A DNA stretch of 63,542 nt, the filler included, from Octopus bimaculoides (lineage: Eukaryota): the NCBI RefSeq assembly GCF_001194135.2. It is 5 parts of 5 records of this genome, joined end to end, with 100 filler letters (N's around TTAATTAATTAA, not from the genome) between each part and the next. Parts side by side here need not be neighbours in the genome. Positions count along the whole stretch, not along the records: positions 20,896 to 28,530 come from NC_068981.1; positions 28,631 to 59,003 come from NC_069005.1; 3 more parts are not named here. One strand, 5' to 3'. Made by a program: the position numbers and the translations under genes. Under the pieces are notes generated by a model. The model made no database searches. It saw only the letters and a program-made list of their open reading frames with translations, and was not told the DNA's origin. This document shows positions 26,356 to 37,401 of this stretch, one piece after another (position 1 is the stretch's first letter; the number at the start of each line of letters is the position of its first letter).

Positions 26356-27104
26356 TACATACATATACACATATATATACACATATATATTTACACATAT
26401 ATACACATATATACACATATGTAAATTGTCTAAAATCTATATGTCAGAAAAAATAAGTACTCATGTATAAAGTAATATAGTGGGTACATTATTATCAATA
26501 TTAATAAAAAAACAGCATTATAGTCTTATAAAAACCAAAATACCCATTGGCTTAATGCCAGAGGTTAAGAACCAACTCAGCCAATCAAGAAAAATGCTTG
26601 AGAGGAATAGTATGACATAAGCTCTTTGCTATAAGGGAGTGAAATTGTCTCGTCCACTTTATGGTTGAAATGCAAGAAAATATATTTAATACATTTGAGC
26701 TATGTCCCTTGGATTGGGAGCAAAAAGGACCAGTTTAAAAGATATTTGCTTGTGATGTGGTGCGGTGTGGTATGGTGGTGTGTGGTGCGGTGTGGTATGG
26801 TGGTGTGTGGTGTGGTGGTGTGTGGTGTAGTGTGGTGGTGTTGGGGTGTGGGGGAGGCGAGAGTGGGGGAAGCAAGGGTGGGGGTCTAAGGGATGGAGTA
26901 GGGGTGAGATGGGATGTATAGGGATGGTGGGGTTGGAATGTGTAGGGGTGCACACACACACACACACACACACTCACACACACATGTATATAAAATACAC
27001 TTTAATTGAANNNNNNNNNNCACACACACACACTCACACACACATGTATATAAAATACACTTTAATTGAAATAAAGTTTCCCCAAAATTAAACATATCTA
27101 ATAT

Positions 27105-27710
27105 AATAAAAGTGAATGTTAGTGTGTCAACTTTTTCAACTTTAATAAATCCTTTCTACTGGAAGCACAAGGCCTTAAATTTTGAGGGAAGGGATTAAGT
27201 CAATTACATGGACCCCAGTACATAACTGGTACTAAATTTATTGACCCCGAAAGGATGAAAGGCAAAGTCGACCTCAGCAGAATTCGAACTCAAAACCTAA
27301 TGGGAGATGAAATACCGCTAAGCATTTTGCCTGGCATGCTCATGATTATGCCAGCTTTCCGCTTTAATATAATATAATATAATAAATGTGAATGTCAGTG
27401 TGTCACACTTTTTCAACTTTAATAAATCCTTTCTATTGGAAGCACAAGGCCTCAAATTTTGGGGGAAAGGATTAAGTCGATTATATTAATGCTAGTACGT
27501 AACTGGTACTAATTTTATCAACCTGAAGAGGATGAAAGGCAAAGTTGACCTCAGCAGAATTTGAACTCAAAACCTAATGGCAAATGAAATATTGCAAACA
27601 TTTCGCCCTGCGTGCTAACACTTCTGCCAGCTCACCACCTTAATATAATATAATAATATAATACAATAGAATAAATGCGAATGTCAGTGTGTCACACTTT
27701 TTCAACTTTA
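27105..27710 (-). repeat. Tandem duplication of a SINE-A-containing unit of about 285 bp
   Basis: Two SINE A copies alternate with three copies of AATAAA.GTGAATGT.AGTGTGTCA.ACTTTTTCAACTTTA. Confidence 0.8.
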
Positions 27711-28074
27711 CTTGTAGAGGCCATGGCCCAACATATCATTCCATTTTGGAATCAGGCTGACTCTGTGAGTAAATTAAATGCAATCCTGAACTTTTGGATT
27801 CCCAAGTTTTCATTACTGTGATTGTTTCCGGCAATTTTTTTACATGACATTTTGCAACCAATTTTTTTGTACGATAACAATTTTTATAATCTAAAGGCTA
27901 ACTCCGTAAGTAAATTAAAAATATTCCAGGCCAAACCCGGGCCTGGAATCCTGAAATTTTGGATTCCTATGTATTCATTACTGCGATTGTTTTTGGCAAA
28001 TTTTTTACATAATTTTTTGCAACGAAAATGATCATCATTGGGATGTGACTCTGGAGGAAGCAATTGCATGGTTC

Positions 28075-28400
28075 TCCGTGCCAGTGGTATGTAAAAAGCA
28101 CCATCCAAATGTGGTTGATGCCAGCCCCCATCCCCCAGACTGACTCCTGTGCCAGTGGCATGTAAAAAACACCATCCAAACATGATCAATGCCAGTGCCG
28201 CTTGACTGGCTCCCGTGCTGGTGGCATGTAAAAAGCACCAACTATACTCTCAGAGTGGTTGGCATTAGGAAGGGCATCCAGCTGTATAAACCTTGCCAGA
28301 TCAGATTGGAGTTAAGTGCAGCCTACTGGCTTGCCAGTCACTAGTCAAACCGTCCAACCCATGATTGCATGGAAAACGGTCATTAAACGATGATGATGAT
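28075..28400 (+). mobile_element. RTE-family 3' UTR fragment with (GAT)n tail
   Basis: Same TGGCA.GTAAAAAGCACC...TTGGC.TTAGGAAGGGCATCCAGCTGTA...TTAAACGATGATG sequence as 63200-63405. Confidence 0.7.
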
Positions 28401-28630
28401 GAAGCCAGAGATCTATTTGCAAATCTTCCCATTCGGGGTCAGTTGCTTAAAAGCTATATAAAAAGCTTTTAAACTAGTAATATATAAAATCTACACAGCA
28501 CTTCAGCAATCTACACATACATCCAGACTTNNNNNNNNNNNNNNNNNNNNNNNNNNNNNNNNNNNNNNNNNNNNTTAATTAATTAANNNNNNNNNNNNNN
28601 NNNNNNNNNNNNNNNNNNNNNNNNNNNNNN

Positions 28631-28681
<51 letters not shown>

Positions 28682-31400
28682 TCTATCTATCTATCTATCA
28701 CTCTGTTCTCTTCCTCTATCTCCACACATCGATTGTTACCATATTCAAGGAGAAACGATGGAGGTGATGACGATGATGGCGGTGATGGTGATGGTGATGG
28801 TGTGGTATTTATTGCTAAGGGTGTGGTGATGTTGATGGTTGTGATGGGGCCGGTGCCGATGATAGCAGCGGTGGTGGTGGTGGTGGTGAGGATGGGTGGT
28901 GGATGACAAGTGATGGAAGATTAAAAGGTCACGTGTTTATATAAATCTGTCGAAATGTCGTTGAAATAACATTTCATATATATATATATATATATATTTC
29001 GACATCTTGTTAAATTTTATTTACTATGTAGTCATAGACACATACCTATGTATACAATTTATGGTCACACACACACACAAACGCACATAGATACACACAT
29101 AATTATATGTGTATATAGATGCATATATATACATACATACATACATATATATATATATATTCACATATATACATGTGTAAAACATGTATATACACATATG
29201 TACGTGTATATATATATACATATATATATACATATATNNNNNNNNNNNNNNNNNNNNNNNNNNNNNNNNNNNNNNNNNNNNNNNNNNNNNNNNNNNNNNN
29301 NNNNNNNNNNNNNNNNNNNNNATGTATGTATATATATATGCACGCATACATACACACGTACACACACACACTCACACATACCTTAATTTGGATATTTGGG
29401 TTTTTGACATAATTATACAAACGTATATATATATTCATCTGTACATACGTGTAGTTATATAAGTTTTCACGCATGTATGTATATCTGAGTAAATATGCGT
29501 ATACATGCATGAATGTTGGTGTGTATGCTTATACACGCATATAAACAAGCATGTTTGGGCACATATATGAATATCCATACACACACACACACATACGCAC
29601 CCACACACATACACACGTACACACATACATATACATATATATGTGTGCATGTGTGTGTTTGTGCTTATACATATATATATATATATATANNNNNNNNNNN
29701 NNNNNNNNNNNNNNNNNNNNNNNNNNNNNNNNNNNNNNNNNNNNNNNNNNNNNNNNNNNNNNNNNNNNNNNNNNNNNNNNNNNNNNNNNNNNNNNNNNNN
29801 NNNNNNNNNNNNNNNNNNNNNNNNNNNNNNNNNNNNNNNNNNNNNNNNNNNNNNNNNNNNNNNNNNNNNNNNNNNNNNNNNNNNNNNNNNNNNNNNNNNN
29901 NNNNNNNNNNNNNNNNNNNNNNNNNNNNNNNNNNNNNNNNNNNNNNNNNNNNNNNNNNNNNNNNNNNNNNNNNNNNNNNNNNNNNNNNNNNNNNNNNNNN
30001 NNNNNNNNNNNNNNNNNNNNNNNNNNNNNNNNNNNNNNNNNNNNNNNNNNNNNNNNNNNNNNNNNNNNNNNNNNNNNNNNNNNNNNNNNNNNNNNNNNNN
30101 NNNNNNNNNNNNNNNNNNNNNNNNNNNNNNNNNNNNNNNNNNNNNNNNNNNNNNNNNNNNNNNNNNNNNNNNNNNNNNNNNNNNNNNNNNNNNNNNNNNN
30201 NNNNNNNNNNNNNNNNNNNNNNNNNNNNNNNNNNNNNNNNNNNNNNNNNNNNNNNNNNNNNNNNNNNNNNNNNNNNNNNNNNNNNNNNNNNNNNNNNNNN
30301 NNNNNNNNNNNNNNNNNNNNNNNNNNNNNNNNNNNNNNNNNNNNNNNNNNNNNNNNNNNNNNNNNNNNNNNNNNNNNNNNNNNNNNNNNNNNNNNNNNNN
30401 NNNNNNNNNNNNNNNNNNNNNNNNNNNNNNNNNNNNNNNNNNNNNNNNNNNNNNNNNNNNNNNNNNNNNNNNNNNNNNNNNNNNNNNNNNNNNNNNNNNN
30501 NNNNNNNNNNNNNNNNNNNNNNNNNNNNNNNNNNNNNNNNNNNNNNNNNNNNNNNNNNNNNNNNNNNNNNNNNNNNNNNNNNNNNNNNNNNNNNNNNNNN
30601 NNNNNNNNNNNNNNNNNNNNNNNNATATATATATATATATATATATATAATACAGAATGGGACAAGAACGCAAAACATCCAGAGGGTTAGGTGATACAAG
30701 AAAGGGACAAAACATCCAGATAAACGATACAAAGAAAACACGGACAGATCATTCGGAGTTTTCTTTCCTCAGTCGAGATCCAGTTATCCTTGCAATTTCG
30801 GCGTATACACGTCCTGTGCGCTAGGATGCGGGACAGCCAGATTTCTTCAGACGTTCAGAGGTTTTCATTGGGACATCTCACTCTTTAGTTTTAGTGAGCG
30901 ATTGGAACGCCATTTTGTATGCACACGGGGATAGGGTGGGGATCGCCGATAGGAGAGGTGGGTGCAAAAGCCTCACAACGGGCTTTCCTCAGTTTCCACT
31001 AACCAAAGATTTTAGTCGGTCTGAGGTTATCGTAGAAAACACCTGCTCAAGGTGTCACGCATTGGGACTGAGGACTGAACCCGGAACCATGTGCTTGGGA
31101 AGCAAGCTTCTTACCATACAGCCATGCCAGTTTTTTTGTTTTTTTTTTATATATCCTTCGTTAAAATCCGCTCGTTGTCTTCCTCCAGAGCCTCCAAGAG
31201 AAATTCTACGAAGCAAAACATGACTGTTTCGGACCCATAAAAGGGTGAGAATCCTGTCGAAATTCAAATGGGTCTATGAATTTGTTTTTTTTTTTTTAAG
31301 GAGGAGCCCCTCGGATATTTAGGGGTCTCTCCGTGACTCTCCGACTTCCAAACCGGTGTACTGGCTAAAATTTTCTTACAGTTCCTGCTGTCGACCTTAC

Positions 31401-31451
31401 CGTTTCATCCGTCTCCTCCAGGGTTCGCGGTGTTGATATAATCGACTCCAT
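31401..31451 (-). CDS. Candidate first coding exon (MESIISTPRTLEETDET) of an unidentified minus-strand gene
   Basis: GAGCATGG start context, 17 codons, strong GTAAGG donor, in a locally CpG-richer patch. The opposite strand is also open and no downstream exon was found. Confidence 0.2.
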
Positions 31452-31929
31452 GCTCGCCCACCACCACCCAATTTCTGGTTCAGCACCAAAATTAGAAATC
31501 ATTATTGATGAAATAATTAATTTAATTCCAGAGTGTCTAAATAATTAAAGCGTATGAATTAATCAACGTCGACGTAATAACATATTTTGGGTCTCGCGTC
31601 ACTTTTTTTATAGCCAACCACACACCACCACCACCACCCGCTTCACACACCCTATATGGTGAGTTAAATGTTAATTAAGTTGTTAATTGGATTTAAATAG
31701 CTTCTAATCACATCTACAGTCCGAATGTAATAGCAAGACAGATCTAAAATCGATTGATTGATTGATTATTCGTAGTGGTGGTCGTGGCGATGGTCGTTGT
31801 GGAGGTGATGGTGATGGTGGTGGTGGTGCTGCTGCTGCTGCTACTGCTGCTGCTGTTGGTATTGCTGTTCATGTTGATGTTGTTGTTAGTGTAATTGTTG
31901 TTGTTGCAGTTGCTACTTCTATTATTGTT

Positions 31930-31980
<51 letters not shown>

Positions 31981-32356
31981 ATAAAAGGATTGACGTAACT
32001 CTTCACAAAGGTAAACAGACAAGACGAAGTGAGTGATTCGATTGTAAATAGATATTTTATTGGTTGAACGATATTTCGACAGTTCGTCTGTCTTTGCCAA
32101 GTTCAAAATAAGAAGTGACAAAAATCCAAAATTATAGAAATTTAAATGTAAAGTATGAACGAGAGCAACCNNNNNNNNNNNNNNNNNNNNNNNNNNNNNN
32201 NNNNNNNNNNNNNNNNNNNNNNNNNNNNNNNNNNNNNNNNNNNNNNNNNNNNNNNNNNNNNNNNNNNNNNNNNNNNNNNNNNNNNNNNNNNNNNNNNNNN
32301 NNNNNNNNNNNNNNNNNNNNNNNNNNNNNNNNNNNNNNNNNNNNNNNNNNNNNNNN

Positions 32357-32403
<47 letters not shown>

Positions 32404-33001
32404 TACACATACATACACATACATATACGTACATAATGCACACTTACATAAACACACATAGATGCATACACACATTTATATATACATTCATCCATCCATC
32501 CACCCATACATACACACAGGCGTTCAGACATTATAAATACAGATACACATACCTTCATACATACACACACCCACAAACACACGCACACACACATACACAC
32601 GTGAAAGAATTCCACTCTTTGATAAATGAGATGAACTTCCGGTCTTTGATGAACATCAGTTTTTGATATTTGAAAATACTTCGCTACTTTTTGTTTGTTT
32701 GTTTTATATAGTTTTGTATTCTATCTATTTATTTTGTTCTATTTATTATCTATTATCATTAGTATTATTATTATTTATTTATTTATTTATTTATTCATCT
32801 GTTTATATATTTCATTTATTTGTTGGGTCTTGTTAACTTTCTTCCGACCACTTCAAGTTTTTCAACTTTTCACCGGATTCTTTTCAGAAAAAATATGGTT
32901 GGGCTGTAGCTTTGCCTGTTGGTGAAAACTGCATTCATCTCTTCTTTTTTTTTCTGTTTTTCTTTCTTCCTAAGAATTAATGATGCTTTTGAAATTGTGG
33001 C

Positions 33002-33200
33002 ATACGTCCAGCAATTTCGGAGGAAGGGGTTAAGTCGATTACATCAACCGCCAAAGCTCAACTGATACTTATTTTATCGAACCCCAGAAAGGATGGAAGG
33101 CAAAGTCAATCACGACGGAATTTGAACTCAGAACATAAAGACGGACGAAATGCCGCTAAGCATTTTGTCCGGCGTGCTAACGATTCTGCCAGCTCGCCGC
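33002..33200 (-). mobile_element. SINE family A copy
   Basis: Reverse complement of 23900-24070. Further decayed copies lie near 41330, 43490-43672, 44500 and 46200. Confidence 0.75.
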
Positions 33201-33735
33201 CTATTGACCGTTGTAATTAGCCAACACCAAATATCTTCACGTCCGGCAATAAATATCAAGTTACACGTTTGCAAGTTTGCTTCCGTTATTATTCTCGAAG
33301 CCAACAACGACATCGGCACGTACGCTAGGTACACAAAAGGACACACGGACACACATGAACACAAATACAAACACACATGCATTCGTACACATGCATACGT
33401 ATGCACACATGCGGACATATGAACACTCACACAGACACAAACACACTCACGCATACACACACACACACACACACAGGGACAGACACAAACAAACACACTC
33501 ACACACACACACATGTACACGGGCTCAAACACACACACTTGCATACATACACACGTAAACCCATGCACACATACGGACACAGGGACCCACACATGGTCAC
33601 ACACACACGCATGAACACACACAGATATACTCACGCGCGCACAAAATTCATTTGCCATAGTAGTAGTAGTCACTTCTAAGGGAGAGAATAACATTGCAAT
33701 TATCTCCCTTGCATAAGTAAACGCTATTTTAACTT

Positions 33736-33749
33736 GTTTCCATGGAAAG
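33736..33749. promoter_or_regulatory. RFX X-box-like palindrome GTTTCCATGGAAAG
   Basis: 13/14 match to GTTNCCATGGNAAC, about 0.7 kb upstream of the MRPL47 start. Function unproven. Confidence 0.25.
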
Positions 33750-34467
33750 TAGATTTTAGCTGCTAATTTAACGTTGCTCTCTCCGTCTCTCCCGCTACCA
33801 CTCTATCTATCTATCCCTCTCCCTATCTCTCTCACACACTCTCTCTCTCTCTCTCTCTATCTATCTATTTATTTATCCTTCTGCATATATATAGATGTTT
33901 TATATGACACATTCTACCAATATCCCAAGTTTGAAAGTGTTTCGTTACGAAAACAAGTGGTGTCCGTCAAATCAGAAAGATCCGTTTTAATTTATCCGAA
34001 AGTAATGTTTTTTACTTTCAAAAAAAAAACTGCTGATTCAGGATCTCCGATGTTCAAATTGTATTTTTAAAGGCGTTATAAAGTTGTTTGAGGACATCGG
34101 AAAATCCAGTATTTATTTGTTATTTTCCCATTTAGAGATAAGTTTGCAATCTTGAATGTTGCTCTGAATATATGGTGAGTTGTAAACGTTAGAATTCATC
34201 AATTAAGAGAAATCAAAAAGTGAAAACTGTGCACAGTGAAGGCGTAGTCTGAAATCAGGTTCAAGAGGGTCATTTGAAATCGGTTTTAGAATACCGAGTG
34301 GTCACTAAAATTGAGGAAGTAACTTGAGATCTTTGCACCGGTGTGATTCGTCAAGGGAGATAATTCTGATTACTGTTTAGCGGTAGTTATCGTCCCTGAT
34401 TCACCTCTACATGGAGAGTGGTATTCCTCCATCTGGTCGTCCTTGTATGAAGGTTGACCCCAACAAG

Positions 34468-34649
34468 ATGTTCTCCCGTTGTTTCTTCCCTCGTCATTTA
34501 CAACAGGTCACTTTACAGATTAGAACGCTGTCTCTTACTTCTTCACAGACATTTTGTAAACGTTCAGAAGAGTTGCGTGCATTTAACAACACAACAACTG
34601 TTTATTCTTGTTCTTCGCACCAAACACAAATCTCCGTTCAACGAACCAC
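34468..34649 (+). CDS. MRPL47: MRPL47 coding exon 1 (mitochondrial presequence-like). An in-frame upstream ATG exists at 34411.
   Basis: MFSRCFFPRHLQQVTLQIRTLSLTSSQ... is R/S/L/T-rich. The phase-2 donor AC|GTAAGA matches the exon 2 phase. Confidence 0.75.
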
Positions 34650-34725
34650 GTAAGATTTTTGAAATTATATTTCGTAATCTTATGTATTCTGTATATCTGT
34701 GTATGTGTGCATATATATTTTGTTG

Positions 34726-34772
<47 letters not shown>

Positions 34773-35419
34773 NNNNNNNNNNNNNNNNNNNNNNNNNNNN
34801 NNNNNNNNNNNNNNNNNNNNNNNNNNNNNNNNNNNNNNNNNNNNNNNNNNNNNNNNNNNNNNNNNNNNNNNNNNNNNNNNNNNNNNNNNNNNNNNNNNNN
34901 NNNNNNNNNNNNNNNNNNNNNNNNNNNNNNNNNNNNNNNNNNNNNNNNNNNNNNNNNNNNNNNNNNNNNNNNNNNNNNNNNNNNNNNNNNNNNNNNNNNN
35001 NNNNNNNNNNNNNNNNNNNNNNNNNNNNNNNNNNNNNNNNNNNNNNNNNNNNNNNNNNNNNNNNNNNNNNNNNNNNNNNNNNNNNNNNNNNNNNNNNNNN
35101 NNNNNNNNNNNNNNNNNNNNNNNNNNNNNNNNNNNNNNNNNNNNNNNNNNNNNNNNNNNNNNNNNNNNNNNNNNNNNNNNNNNNNNNNNNNNNNNNNNNN
35201 NNNNNNNNNNNNNNNNNNNNNNNNNNNNNNNNNNNNNNNNNNNNNNNNNNNNNNNNNNNNNNNNNNGGGGGTCAATATAACCAGCTAACCTCCTTCTTTT
35301 CAAAATTGCTGACCTTTTGTACCTAATTCAGAAACGGTCATCAATATTATTAAATTTCTTTCATTTCCCTAATTTGAACAGCTTAAAGTTAAATGTTTTG
35401 TCCTTTTTTTTTTCCACAG

Positions 35420-35532
35420 AAACTGTCAGCACAGACTTTCTGTTCGATCTCTGCACACAACTCCACCATGTTCCGATCTCATGGAATTCTTTGATGACAA
35501 AAAGAACTGGGGAAAAGAAACCATCTTAACTG
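35420..35532 (+). CDS. MRPL47: MRPL47 exon 2
   Basis: TTCCACAG acceptor and GTGAGT donor. Encodes ...DLMEFFDDKKNWGKETILTG (compare the family motif LEEFFDD.KNWG). Confidence 0.92.
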
Positions 35533-36018
35533 GTGAGTCGGTTTTTTTTTTGGTTTTTTTCTAAATTAGAAATAAATTGGAATTTAATAAAACATTTTTG
35601 GAAAAATATTATATTCTCAACAAGGAGACTCCTTTACTTGCAAATGTAGGTGTGGTCTGTCGATAACTCCTCCCACCATCACTTTCCTTCCTCTCTCAAT
35701 GAAACTCTTTCATCAGCAAATATAGGTGTGGTCAGACTATGACACATCCTCATCAGTAGGTATTGTTTATAAGAAAAAAAATAACTTGGTAATACTGAGG
35801 GTGGACTGTGATCATTCACCACCCCCACCAACCATCCACCCCAGTTGTTGTCAGCCAAACCATTGGCAGCAGATAATATTCAAAGCCCCATCATCATCAT
35901 CATCACCAAGCTATCTTCATTGTGATTTTCATCCATCTCACCTTAGATTTATTCTAAAGAATAAAAATATGAATTTTCCAATCGAGTTAGAATGCTGACT
36001 CTTGTTCTTGTGTTCCAG

Positions 36019-36079
36019 GACGTCCATGGCATCTGGCAGAGTTGAGACTGAAAAGCAATGAAGACTTGCATAAATTATG
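36019..36079 (+). CDS. MRPL47: MRPL47 exon 3
   Basis: TGTTCCAG acceptor and GTAAGT donor. Encodes GRPWHLAELRLKSNEDLHKLW, the L47 signature. Confidence 0.95.
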
Positions 36080-36154
36080 GTAAGTTCTTGATTCTCTCTG
36101 AAGACCTTGTCTGTAAAAGATTCCCAGAACGAACATTGCTGGGATAATCTAGGA

Positions 36155-36383
36155 TTAACCCTCTAGCATTCGGATTTTTTCTGTCAAATTCTGTAATTCT
36201 TATTTATTCACATTGTTTCGAATTATCTGTTGTCTTGTAGCTTTTGAGATTTCAATGATGTGATTGTTTACTTAGAGAATGACATTGTTGGGTAGGTGTG
36301 AGAGGCTGGATCTGGTCAGTTTGAATGTAAAACATGTAGAATATTTGGTCCAGATATGGTCGGTTTAAATGTTAATGGGTTAA
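36155..36383. mobile_element. piggyBac-like MITE in MRPL47 intron 3
   Basis: TTAA|CCCTCTAGCATT ... AATGTTAATGGG|TTAA, i.e. TTAA at both ends with short imperfect CCC-initiated TIRs. Confidence 0.55.
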
Positions 36384-36850
36384 TGCTAAAAATTTAGTGA
36401 CTTGCGGGGGGACACACGGACACACAGAGTGCTAGTGATAGTAAGAGGCATAACATCCCAATTACATGGCCATCAGTTCACTCATAGCCCACTCCTACAC
36501 ATTGATATTTCACAAGTGCAGTCTACCTAGCTGTAAATAGGTGCCACAGTGTAGTGAAGTTCACTGTACTGCATGCATAGTGCTGACAGAAACTGTCAAA
36601 CAGACTGCTGTTTCCATTGTGTAAACATGTTGCAATCTGACAGGTGGGCCACATCTGGGTTGAGAGAGGATGGTTGGATACTAAGGGTTTTAATCAAAAT
36701 GTGCAGGACAGTGTGTGTTACTGTTGCTGGTTGTAGCAGAGGAAGAAGTGTCGGGGCCAGATTTTGTAAGGTTTCAAATCTATACATCGGTTTCTTTTTT
36801 TTTTTTTTTTTTTNNNNNNNNNNTTTTTTTTTTTTTTCTTTCTTTTGAAG

Positions 36851-37304
36851 GTACATCTTATTGAAGGAACGTAACATGTTGATGACAATGGAAGCTGAAT
36901 ACATCCGGCGAGCTGAATTATTCCCAAACCCAGAACGATTGTTTAAAGTTGATGAAAGCATGCAGAACATCCTAGAAATAGTGGCAGAAAGAGACGATGC
37001 TGTTAGCCTTTTGGAAACAGGGAAATCCTGCAGACCGGAGTACAGAATGGTACGCAACTTCTTGGGACTAAAATACCGGCGCAAAATCAAAGAGCATGCC
37101 ATTCCACCTAGGATGAATCTGCGATACCGCATGCTGCACACCCCTTTCGTGAAAGGTTTGACTCCTTATTTTGGATTGTATTTTGAAAAGCAGCGTATGT
37201 TGGCAAAGAGACGCCAAAAGAGAAGACTTCAATATAACAAAAGGCTACAAAAAGCATTCCCACATTTGCAACTTGAGATTGAAGAAAACAAACAGAGCAT
37301 TTGA
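36851..37304 (+). CDS. MRPL47: MRPL47 terminal exon
   Basis: Polypyrimidine-AG acceptor, then (W)YILLKERNMLMTME...PNPERLFKVDESMQNILEIVAERDDA, ending at TGA. Confidence 0.95.
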
Positions 37305-37395
37305 TCACACTTGTATAGACACTGTTGTTTATACACCCATCTGCATACATACACGAGGGTGTAGACTATACGCAGTTAAATATTTACAAACTATC

Positions 37396-37401
37396 AATAA
37401 A
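37396..37401 (+). terminator. Putative polyadenylation signal of MRPL47
   Basis: AATAAA about 90 nt after the stop, followed by a T-rich tract. Confidence 0.55.

Noticed and set aside
26950-27070. Direct repeat of about 50 bp on both sides of a 10-N gap
   Set aside because: Most likely an unmerged contig overlap.
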